From contig NC_043001.1 in NCBI RefSeq assembly GCF_006345805.1, forward strand, positions 434,001 through 498,000: a DNA stretch of 64,000 nt, read 5' to 3'. Within the stretch, counting starts at the first letter, position 1. Each line of letters starts with the position of its first letter. This DNA is from Octopus sinensis (lineage: Eukaryota). Under the pieces are notes generated by a model, which saw nothing but the letters and a program-made list of their open reading frames with translations, had not been told where the DNA came from and made no database searches. Shown here in pieces: positions 53,107-64,000 of the stretch. A program made the translations under genes and the position numbers.

Positions 53107-53502
53107 ATGTTTACTATCAGGTCAATAATATGCAAAACATACTCCTTCAGAAAACCCACATGTGTAGAGAAGGACTGTGCAGTGTGCAAATACAGCCCTG
53201 GTGTCTACTGCAAAACCAGAAATGTGGTTTACCGAATAAACTGCATGAATGGTGATTGTAAAAGCTGGAAGACTGCATACATAGGTGAAATGAGGAAAAC
53301 TGAACATTAGAGGGAATATGGGGATCAAAGACAAACCTCGATACTCTACCAGTATGCCAGAGAACAACATGGTAGTGTGCTGAACTGAATTAGCATAGAA
53401 ATCCTGTCTAGACACCTGGATGACTCACCGCTACGACAGATACTTGGGTCAGTTTTGATAAATGAAACACGACCGGTTTTGAATAGTAAATACTCTCATT
53501 AG
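53107..53502 (+). pseudogene. Penelope-type GIY-YIG endonuclease C-terminal domain with two in-frame stops
   Basis: Single frame KPTCVEKDCAVCKYSPGVYCKTRNVVYRINCMNGDCKSWKTAYIGEMRKTEH*REYGDQRQTSILYQYAREQH...LRQILGSVLINETRPVLNSKYSH*. VVY at 53224-53232, YIGE at 53278-53289; stops at 53308 and 53386. Confidence 0.8.
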
Positions 53503-54126
53503 GCAGAGGCCTTACAAAGACCCATGGACTCACACACACACGAACGGACACACGCATACACACATACAAAGACAAACAAGGACACAGACATGCCCTCATG
53601 CCCACACAGACCCACATATACGCATCTGCATACACATGGAAGCATGCATGCATACAGAAGTACACAAGCACACACAAACACAGAGGAACTCACACACACA
53701 CATAAAGACACACTGAGACACAGAAATACACTCACATACACACGTACACACAAACACAGGCACACACGCTTGTACACACATGCCCTCCCATACACACATG
53801 GAAACGCACACACATATGCATGCTCATGCTAATGCACAGATAGATATGAATTTATTCCACATTTATCCAAACAAAGAAGATGGTTCGACTGTCTTTGAGA
53901 GAAACATTATATGGCTGAACGTGTGCGTTTGCAAAGAAAACAAAGAGAAAACTAAAACCACTCTCTTATGTATATGAAAAATGACATAGTCAGTATTTAA
54001 ACACACACACACACACTTATGTATAAACACATACACATGCAGACATACACACATACGCACACTCACAAACTCATCTCGGACAGATCTCAGACGAATCCCA
54101 ACAAAAGAAATGGATGCAGAGAGATG

Positions 54127-54172
54127 TGTCACTGAAGAGATTGCAACAATGCAATGAAATAATTATTTGACA
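54127..54172 (+). ncRNA. Minimal type I hammerhead ribozyme motif
   Basis: Stem I TGTCA/TGACA, core CTGAAGA (54132-54138), extra G, stem II ATTGCA-ACAA-TGCAAT, GAAA (54156-54159), palindromic stem III ATAATTAT, NUH triplet AUU; predicted cut after 54167. Confidence 0.78.
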
Positions 54173-54479
54173 AAAAAAAAAACAAAAAAAAAATGGCAAC
54201 ACTAACAATTCTGAACATTTGAACGATTAACTGTTTGACCAAAGTGTTTAACATATGAGTTTGGAAAACTAATAAAAAACGGCCGATCAATTAACAGAGT
54301 AACTAATCCGTTAACTAACAAGAAAGGACCAAACCAGTGTGTGTGTGTGTGTTTATTATTTCAGACGTGATGCCCCTCCCAAGGTTCAATAATATTTGCA
54401 TAGTTTTCTGCAAGTTAAAAAGATGCAATGACTAAACTGAAAGCTCATGATGGCAACAAGAATAATAAATCCACCAGAG

Positions 54480-55720
54480 TTATACTGTTACTTGTCTCTA
54501 TAATATAGATGTGTTTGGATTCATTGATGAATGTGGAAACTCCTGCAAATCTAGGACTTGTCCCATCATCTTTAGTAAGAATCAAATTATTTCTTAATCT
54601 ATTTAGTGTTATATCTGGTATGATGACATCAACTTAGGCTTATAAGAAACTTGTTCACCAATGTAAAAAAATAGATTTATAGCAACTTGTACATATCTTT
54701 TGACATCCTTATTTTGCTGGATGTATTCTACAGCCACCTGGGGCAGTTGTGTCATTGAAAAGTATCTTGCATAAATATGAATTGAAGTTTGCAATTCTTG
54801 AATGAATTTTTCAATGCTTGTTTTGCCACACTATCTGATTTCAGGTTCTTTGCTGGGGATTTTTGCAAACGAGTTAGAGAATTGCTTTTAAGTGACATAT
54901 TCAGCACCATTATTAGAGATCAAAGCATTTGGAACACCAAATCTTGAGAAAATTTCAACTAACTTGTGCTTTATGCATTACTCCTGTTAGAATAATGTAA
55001 AGCTTCACTCCACAAGTAAAATTATCAACACCCTTTACAAAGCATAAGTCATAGATAATCTATCACAATAGATTCCTGCTTCATAACCTTAATATTGTGT
55101 GAAAAATTAGCAATTACCATTCCCTTCATCTTCAAATCTGATTTGGCAGAATTGATCAAGTTTTGCACTGATAAATTAATATTAAACTGGTGGTATTTGA
55201 AAAAATATGGAAGACCTGAACAGAATGTGTTATTTTTGTTCAAATTGGAACAGGATTTCATTTACAGCTGATATCTTAAATTTTATCAAGATCTATTTAA
55301 TTTCCACATGAAGTTTCAATGACATTATAGATAGGAGGCACTGAGAGTAACATTTTGTCAAGTGGCATCGCTCATGTTATGACACTTTAATTTGAAAGCC
55401 AGATAATTTATTAGTTGCTGTAACCACAATTATGACACTTGATACATAAATACTTTTGCAATTGGTGTTGTCTGTAATTGATTATTGCTCAGCCAAGGTT
55501 TTACTGATTTTTTCAAATAACTCTTGCTTGCAAAGAAATTTTCTTCATCAATATTTGTTTTTAATTTAGCAAATGATGTTTCTGCTTATGATATTAAGTT
55601 ACCATATCCTAAATTTGGATGAGTGTGAAGGAATTCCAATACCTTCATTTTTATGCCCAAAGAACTTAATCCTGGTCTGAAAACCAGTCTGTTTCTTGCT
55701 CAGAGTTTTCTTGAAGTTGA
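54480..55720 (-). mobile_element. Highly degenerate Gypsy-type LTR retrotransposon pol remnant (integrase region)
   Basis: LVEIFSRFGVPNALISNNGAE at about 54901-54964 matches the integrase FSRFG.P..L.SDNG motif; the rest is fragmentary. Confidence 0.5.
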
Positions 55721-56176
55721 TTCAATTTACAAAATGCTGGTTATTTGTGAATTTATTCATAAAATAAATAATTTATTGACTCATTGTCACATTTCATTCC
55801 AGTCAATCACATTTCACATTTCAATCTCTCATCTATTATTAACTTTTCATTGGGTTTAACTAATTTCTCTCATTTCTTTTGTGTTTCTGAAAGTATGTGG
55901 CTTCTATATTCTTCAGGAAAAGCTTGTCATAGTTTTCACAGTGGCCTCAGTGCCACATGTTGACAAGAATAGCTAATTTTTTCTGTTCTTTTACACTAAT
56001 AACTTTTGGCTTCTGAATGCACTAACGAAGCCATGGTTTCTTCGTTATTCAAAGTAAGTTTTTTTTTAATATTTTCATTGCCAATTTATGTTTTAAAGGT
56101 TCAAATGGCAAGCCTGTGTCCATCGTCTTCCTAGCCAATGTTTTCAAAGCTTCTTTCAGCCCCCCACCCCAATTGG

Positions 56177-56353
56177 CTCCCATGCTGGTGCCACGTAAAA
56201 AGCACCTGCTACACTCTCAGAGTGGTTGGTGTTAGGAAGGGCATCCAGCTGTAGAAACATTGCCAGATCAGATTGGAGCTTGGAGTGGCCTCCTGGCTTG
56301 CCAGTCCCCTGTCAAACCATCCAACCCATACCAGCATGGAAAGTGGACGTTAA

Positions 56354-56389
<36 letters not shown>
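56177..56389 (+). mobile_element. Family A short retroposon with long (GAT)n tail
   Basis: Same module as 46311-46499 and 2830-3012. Confidence 0.85.
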
Positions 56390-57086
56390 GCTTGCTGGTT
56401 GTTGAAACACAAAATAACAGATAGGCTTATCACAACCTATAACTTGCAATAACTACACTGAAAACAAATAGGCCGACAGCAATGATATATCCATTGAAGA
56501 TCTATCAAAATGTTCAAAGTGAACAACTAAAGTACAGCTGTGGAAATAGACATTTGATTATTAACCCAACCCCTTCATCATTCCCTCACCAATCAGTACT
56601 AAATAAGTAAGCTATTATGTGTTATTAATTAACAAAAATAATTTTATATTGCATCTGGTGATCAATAGTATTTTGGTTACAAGTTACCCATTGGCCTATT
56701 GCAAGTTCATTGCATCTTTGACAGTGTGTGTGATAAAGGGTCTGTGTGTGCAATTTGGAGAGAACAAATACTACATAGGGTATTTATATATGAATGTATG
56801 GCTTTGGTGAAAAAGTACCGATTATCCTTAGTCTATAGTAGATACTACTTGTTCAATGTGCTGCATAGAAGGTCCCAGAAACTGGAATTACATGGTCGAG
56901 GAGGTAACTTCTTAGCCATACAGCTATGCTTGTGTCCATTGATTATTAACACTCTGAGGAGAGGTTGGTCTACTGAATATAAAGATAAAAGATGACCCGC
57001 AACATGAATAAAACCGGTAGGAACTGATCACCCATGTTACTATGGAAATTAACGATTCTGCTAAATTTATGTAAATTGGATATTGA

Positions 57087-57113
57087 TGTGTGTGTGTGTG
57101 TGTGTGTGTGTGA

Positions 57114-57144
<31 letters not shown>

Positions 57145-57152
57145 TGTGTGTG
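57087..57152. repeat. (TG)n microsatellite
   Basis: Read directly. Confidence 0.95.
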
Positions 57153-58347
57153 AGGGCATGTGTGTACACATTCAAAGTAATGCATAATTCAAGAAGAAAA
57201 CTCAGGTTTATAACAAAGTGTAGGGAAAGATATAAAACAAAGTAATAAAGTGCAAACTGCAAATTCAATGAAACAGCATTTTAATATCATTAAGATTACT
57301 TCTAGAATTTCTAAATGGAAAAGCTACTGTGATGATGTTTGAAGACAGATTGAAGATTAAAAGTGCAGTTGTCTGCATTTGTTAGGGTTTGGATTATTTA
57401 CTTTGGAAAGGTGAAGGCTTAGATAATCTATTAAATTCCTGTTGTCTGATGTGAGATGATATTAGTTTTTCAATCTCCGTAGAACTGAAATATTTTGAAT
57501 TCTGTTTATTACAGTTTGTTCCTGACTTTGTTATTACATGGAAATTCCTAAAATTTGCTTTATTTTCCTTCAGTTACTTATAAACGTTGAAGATTTCTTC
57601 AGTTTGATTTGATTGTCATTTAACAGCAAAGTAAATCAGCTCATTTCATCAGGTATGATTTAAGAGACTTTCTGTTGCCATGTATATGAAGCTGTGCAGC
57701 TGGATAAGATACCAGGTTCATGCTAACAGATAATTCATATCTACCACAGGGCCTTGGCTTATGTTTATTTATTGTGTTCACTTAGTTATAATTAATGAAG
57801 CTGATAAATAGGTACCAGTAATACTGTATTTGATTACACTCAACTAGTGTCCAATACAAGAAGAGATTTGTCTACTGTGGGGTGGTGGCTGACAAAAGAA
57901 CCGCCTTTATAATGTCTTAGACATGTGATCACTCGACCTGCTAGAAGCAGCAGCAGAATGTGTCACAACTCATTCACTATTGTTCTGGAGAGGAGGACAT
58001 ATTGGATTGTGTGGTGTTAGACACATAATGCCTGAATAAAGGATATGGGGACTCACTGCTGGAATGTTTGTGCTTTATCAGAGCTCACCAGAAGCTATTC
58101 AACAAGTCCTCAGATTCAGGATAATATTAACTTTTAACTTTTAAAGTAAAAGGCATACAAGGAGTTTCAGTATAATAATTTAATGTTTTATCTCATTCAA
58201 CATTAGAGAGTTTTGTGGTTTATTGTAGGAGAGTGTCTCTACTTATATGCTAACCTCTCATCTAGCACAAAGTTACCTTTCTCCAAAGTACACACCCCTC
58301 AGCTGAGGGGGTCTTGTCTAGTGAGTTATTTAGTGACCCCACTGCTG

Positions 58348-58545
58348 CTGGTGCCTCATAAAAATCACCCACTACACTCTGTAAAGTGGTTGACATTAGG
58401 AAGGGCATTCAGCCACAGAAACAATGCTAAACAGTAGAGCTTGGATCAGTCTTCTGACTTGCCAGCTCCTATCAAACTGCTCAACCCATGTTTGCTTGTA
58501 AGACAGACATTAAATGATGAGGAAGAGGATGATGACGATGATGAC
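58348..58545 (+). mobile_element. Family A short retroposon, diverged
   Basis: gtgcctcataaaaatcacccactacactct...aggaagggcattcagc...ttaaatgatga. Confidence 0.7.
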
Positions 58546-60949
58546 GTCATTGTCAAGAAACGTAGCCTTTTGGATATTAACCTATTTGAAATTGTCTGTA
58601 ATAAGGGGTTTTAGATTTAAATTAAAACCTTTCATTATAATTTTATGTGAGAACCTTTTATGTTCAAAATACCATTTTAATAAAGACAAAAGTTAATTAT
58701 GTTACTGAATCTCTCAAAATTTTTGATTATTTGCAAAATTAAGTAGAGTATTTCCATTAGAGGTATGGTAGCGAAAGAGTTGAGAAGAAAAACTAAGTAC
58801 TGTTTAGTACTATTCAATACAAAACATTGTGTTGATGAATAGATAAGGATAGAAAAAAAAACGCCATACTGTAAGATATTATAATATTCAGTGTTTTTCT
58901 TCCAATAAAATGCACTTTTAGATTCCCTATTTGACCGCTTCTATTCAATTTGTGAAACTATATTAGTTTCTCATCATTTGGCTGTCATATGGAAGATTCA
59001 GTGATATTGAATTTCCCTTAATATTTGTACATCCTACCTTTGTTACAAGCCTTCTTTTGTAATCACTCATGCACTCATTCCCTGACCAACCATTCAGTTG
59101 AACTTTATGATTTTTGTATTTTTTAAATTTTTCACTGAATCTCATTATTCACTTGCTTGACATCGTTTTTATAACAGTAGTTATATCTTCAGGCAATACG
59201 CTGTTCCAGAAAACTGCTACTACTAACTAGTTTGAATAGAAACTAGCATTCTTCAACAGCAATACGTTTTCTCTGTCAAGTATATACTCTCTCTCTCTCT
59301 CTCTCTCTCTCACATGCACATTGCGCATTCATTATTAACAAGTGCGTCAAACAACTTCACTAATTACTAACCGGTTCATATCATTATATAACTTACATTT
59401 CATTCATTATTAGTTAATTTGTTATTCGGATGTTTTTCTCGCCTCTACCCTGCCTTTCCACTTTGTCCTCATTAACACCTCTTACTTTCTTTTTTACTGC
59501 AGACATTAATGAGACAATACTTGTATGTTTTTTATTTTCCCAATCATGATTTCTTGAATATATCTTCAGACATTCACTTTCAAGTCATTATCGGACACTT
59601 ATTCTATTGATTGCATTGTTGTTTTGAATGCATTTATCCTGAATGAACATATCTGTTGAGAGATATAGGTCTGTACAGTTTAAGTTCAAACTGGAATTAT
59701 GCAGTAAAGCTTATATGCTACAGCAAAAGAACGGGAGGCTTTCAACCATGTTCTCTAGCATCTGAATTGTACTAGTAACGAAAATGCATCACTTGCACAA
59801 TCTCTATTAACTTCACTGATCTTGTTGGTGTTGGAAGGTCTGTGAAGGCTATGAGCACAGCCCCTTCTTCTGCCAGGTCAATAAAAAAGAAAGAAATCAA
59901 AATATTCATTAGTTGCTGTTGCTTTTAGCCTCAGGCTGACTCTAATTGAACAGACCTAAGATAAAGAGCATTCAAACTATGATCATTTCTTTTTTTTTTT
60001 TAAGAAGGCTGAGTGTGGTTTAAGAAAGATTTGGCTGCTATTTCTAGTAGGCAGAATGATCATTTAGAGACTCTTCATAGGCTTAAATATATTGAGTTTA
60101 TACTAGGGATACATATGTTCAGTATCTAAATATAGTTCTTACTCATCCTGTTTATGTGTAAACAGCTACAAATGATGAAGTTCATAGGTTTTGAACTATT
60201 AATTAAAGAGTTATGTTAAATGGTACCATACTGTGCCTTTAAACAAGATAGCTATCAATAGCTTGGTTCAGCCAAATTGTAGATGAAGACAGGTTGATTG
60301 AATTCCATCATATAAAACTGTTGAGTACATCATTGATTTACATTTCTGAGACCAACTTCTTTTATGTGTATGGTACTGGGTTACACTGGCCTTACTTATA
60401 TGTAGGGGTACACAAGCTAATATATCCGTAACATTTTTTTAAGACACTAGGGTGTTATATGACAGGAATTGGCTGCTACTTTGGTGGGTGACCTGAATGC
60501 CTAGAAGCCTCCTTGTTGGTTTGTAGGTTTAGAAGATGGCAGGGTGACAATTTGTTTTCATCCAAAAACAGAATTTAATTTGGTGTGTAACAGAAATTAT
60601 ACTAAATTTATTGTAAAAGCTTGTACTTAACTACGGAGACAAAATCTTGTAATGGGGCTCGGGTACAATTTTGGTAATACATTTTGGAAATAATGGTATA
60701 GGACAAGGAGATCCTGTTGGGGATGAAAGAGCACTTCCAAATGCTTTTTTTTTTATGTTTTGGAAGAACGGGCTGTTACAGAAATTTTAGACTGAACATT
60801 AATGCAAATTCTGAAGTAACGAAACTCTGATATGTAAAAAAAAAAAGTATGAATCACAGTTTACCATCAAGATGACTGACTTAACAAGCCGATAATCAAG
60901 ACACTCTTGTCATGGCCATCCAATTTATATTTCAATATAGTACTGAAAT

Positions 60950-61172
60950 TGGCAGCGAGCTGGCAGAAACGTTAGTATGTCAGGCGAAATGCTTAGCGAT
61001 ATTTCGTCTGTCTTTACATTCTGAGTTCAAATTCTACCAAAGTCGACTTTGCCATTCATCCTTCCAGGGTCAATAAATTTTAAGTACCAGTTGCATACTG
61101 GGATCGATCTAATTGACTGGGCCCCCTCCCCCCAAAATTTCGAGTCTTGTGCCTAGGGAAGAAAAGAATATA
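60950..61172 (+). mobile_element. SINE family B, near full length
   Basis: Head GGCAGCGAGCTGGCAGAAACGTTAG, B-box GAGTTCAAATTC (61023-61034), core GACTTTGCCATTCATCCTTCCAGGGTCAATAAA, tail GTCTTGTGCCTAG. Confidence 0.8.
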
Positions 61173-62888
61173 GTACTGAAATCTTTTGATATGTCCACCC
61201 ATTTTTTTAAAGGTAGTAGGGTGTGATTTGAACAAGCTTTGGCTGCTATTTCTTGTAGGCTGAGTGGCTGTTCAGAGGTTCCCTTTTTAAGTTGAGTGTG
61301 GACCAGTAAACAAATACAACAAAGTTTCAATATTTGCTTCTTGACTCAGAAATCATGGTTGGTTCACAACAAAGAATTAATGATAGAACTGGAAACTTTG
61401 AGAATAGTTAAAATTTGATTGGTACATTAGGGTAGGAAAACTACACCAACACCACCACAACCACCACCACCACCACAACCAACACTTCCACTACAACATC
61501 ACCACAACTAATAATCTGATAAACAAAAACAAACAAAATTACAAACATTTGAAAAACAACAGCAAAATAAATATAGATAACAATATAAAAAAACATACAC
61601 AGATCTCATTTTGAAAAGTGAAATTGCACAGGGGCGTATATTCCAGGTGAGCTTGGTGTTCACCACACACCCATTGAAAATGGCATATTCATTATAAACA
61701 TTAGCCTTATTCATTAATTTAATCACAAACCAGGATGGAAAACTTTTGTTATAACCCTGCTTGAAATTTGGTAGCGGGTGTCCTGAAATAGAACTACACA
61801 CCTCACAGAGCATTGTATCATAATATGGTACCGGGCATATAGGGGGTTAATGGGAGAATGGCAAAGAATGAATGGTGAAGGGTGTGTGAAAGCTTTGCCA
61901 GCAGTGTCGCGTGTTCGTTTTTGTAGGTAGAAGTTGTACACGTAAATTAATTTAAAATTCCTAAACTAAAACCAATTTTTTTACACTAATTTTTTTCTTA
62001 CAATATCATCATATAACATTGATCTTAATTTTGCAAAACTAATTAATACACTTTTAGAAGTCAGAAACAGAACTCAGATCAAATTCTGGCACTGTTAGTG
62101 CACCAAACACTACAAGTTTAGGTAGTCTCAGCTGTTTTGCCATTAGCCATTGAAAACGGTTCAATGTGAAAGGTTGTGAGTTGATATTTTGCTCAGTGAG
62201 TTCTGTGATTTTCTTAGTTGTGTGCTTAAGCATTTTACTTAAAATTCAATTCGTGTTGATCTTAAATGCTTTTACAGTTGCAGAAATACGTACTTTCAAT
62301 TTAATTTTCAGTGTGGTCAGTGTTGAGCAACCCCCAATTGCAACAATCACCACACACCACTGATTTTACTGTCTTAAACAGAGGCGAATATATTGGACAA
62401 AGCAGTTGAGTGAATTGATGTGAAAATAAAAAAGATGGAATAGTCGTGTTTGGAAAGCCTTTAGTGAGAGGTCTGCTTGATCAGAGATGACCTGAGGCTA
62501 AATAGCAATCACAAACAAAAGGAAAATAATATCCATGAAGAAATTTGTTTGATCCATCAGAGAAAAATTCTTTTCTTGTCCTTCATTGAGATCAAGGAGA
62601 AAGTTTGAAAATAAAATCAATTTAAGAAGATCGATAATTAGTGTGACAGTCAGTGAAGACGTCCTACATTTGTTATTTTGTAATTAGTTGTTCTGACCTA
62701 CTCTTTATACAAACATGGCAGAAGTTTTGGAAATGAGGTCTGTGTATGTCTTTGTTGTTGTTTTATGTTTTCTATCAGTTTTACTTTTTCTTTACATTAA
62801 ATGGTAAAAAAAAATGGAAACATTTGTTTTAACCTTAATACAAGTAGAATATTTAGGTGTGTGTTTCTGTGAGAAAGAATATGTGAGT

Positions 62889-63034
<146 letters not shown>

Positions 63035-63516
63035 ATGAGTGTTTAACCTGAGACTGCATGATATAGAAATGAAAACAAGAATATTTGTGAGAGAAAAATG
63101 ATGAAAGATGGCAGGATGAAATTAACAGTAACAATTACTAATGAAAAACTAAAGTCAAAATTGAAAGAATATTTAAAAGATGAATTTTTTCTAATTAATC
63201 TTGTGCTAAGAAACAAACAAATTATTACAAGAGCTATTGAAAAGAGTGTGTATTACAGTGTTCAATTTCTTTTGTGTAGCAATAGTGTTCATCATAGCTC
63301 TCTGAATCTCCTTTTGGAGAAAGAGCAGAAAGATTTGAGCCATGAACGGTGTAAAAGGACTGTACTGCTAATAACTGTTAGGATGCCAATTAACAAAAAT
63401 AGTGCCACTTGGCAGTTCTCCAGCATGATCTCTGCCATGATGGCTGAAACAAAGCAAGTTGTAAAGACCTTAGGAAATTTTACATAATTTTCTCATTCTA
63501 ATGGGTCATAAATGAT

Positions 63517-63522
<6 letters not shown>

Positions 63523-63569
<47 letters not shown>
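63523..63569. repeat. (GA)n microsatellite
   Basis: Read directly. Confidence 0.97.
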
Positions 63570-63572
<3 letters not shown>

Positions 63573-64000
63573 AGAAAGAAGATAAAAGAAAGAACTTATG
63601 AAAAGGTGAAGAATGTAAAGACATCGTTGTATATAGAATTGGGGAATCAACATCTAGAAGAAACTTAGTCCATCGCAATAAAAGAAACAATTGAAAATAG
63701 TAAGACATTTAGATGAATGAATGACCAGAGGCCAGTGATAAAGATTTTATCAAAGACTTTTTTCACCTTCAAGATTATAGTTTCTTTCAAACCACCACAA
63801 GGGCCTCTATATGGTCACTCAACTAGCTAGGAATAGCAGTAAAATTTTTTTTCAAATCACAGCATGATGCCTTTAAAGATATTTAAAGCTAGAGTGGACC
63901 ATGTAGTATTAGTTAGATGAGGCCTGAAAAATGATAAGAGGGTCATGCGTGAAATGTATTTTATCAGGGCTGACAAAGTTTCTGTCTCTGTGGGAGCATA

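Larger units (their letters stand above)
52577..54397 (+). mobile_element. Penelope-like element: 5'-truncated copy preceded by an inverted duplicate of its 3' pseudo-LTR
   Basis: Inverted arms 52577-53110 and 53859-54397 flank a GIY-YIG remnant; a hammerhead motif lies in the right arm. Confidence 0.82.

Noticed and set aside
53386-53388. In-frame TGA in the PLE endonuclease as selenocysteine (Naiad-like)
   Set aside because: It is not at a conserved Cys position, an in-frame TAG also occurs at 53308, and the endonuclease is C-terminal rather than N-terminal. Ordinary decay is the simpler explanation.
56965-57022. Hammerhead-like CTACTGAA...AAAACCGGTAG
   Set aside because: A palindromic ACCGGT is present, but the core and stem II are missing.
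59720-59880. Tc1/mariner transposase C-terminus (LENMVESLP, minus strand)
   Set aside because: A single short motif amid stops; no DDE motif or TIRs recognised.

Overview
AT-rich, repeat-saturated animal genomic DNA. It is probably intergenic or intronic sequence from an octopus-like coleoid cephalopod; this is inferred from the SINE families and microsatellite load, not verified. I found no intact protein-coding gene, no confident host exon, no tRNA/rRNA gene and no CRISPR array. The window holds decayed retroelements from many clades: two RTE-type LINEs with a PHD-like zinc finger in ORF2, a classic RTE 3' fragment, two CR1/L2-type LINEs, a Tx1/L1-type remnant, three R4/Dong-type RLE LINE pieces, a Gypsy integrase remnant and a Penelope-like element (PLE). 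It also holds many SINE copies, a 6.5-kb array of about 176 x 37-bp monomers and long microsatellites. The main hidden structure is the PLE at 52.6-54.4 kb: a GIY-YIG endonuclease remnant between ~535-bp inverted arms, with a minimal type I hammerhead ribozyme (palindromic stem III) in the right arm at 54127-54172. Other notable features: two spacerless near-perfect palindromes (one centred on a hammerhead-stem-III-like octamer), a 32-monomer higher-order period in the satellite, and a (TAA)n-targeted cluster that includes a 540-bp non-coding element. All alignments were done by eye, so boundaries of old repeats are approximate.
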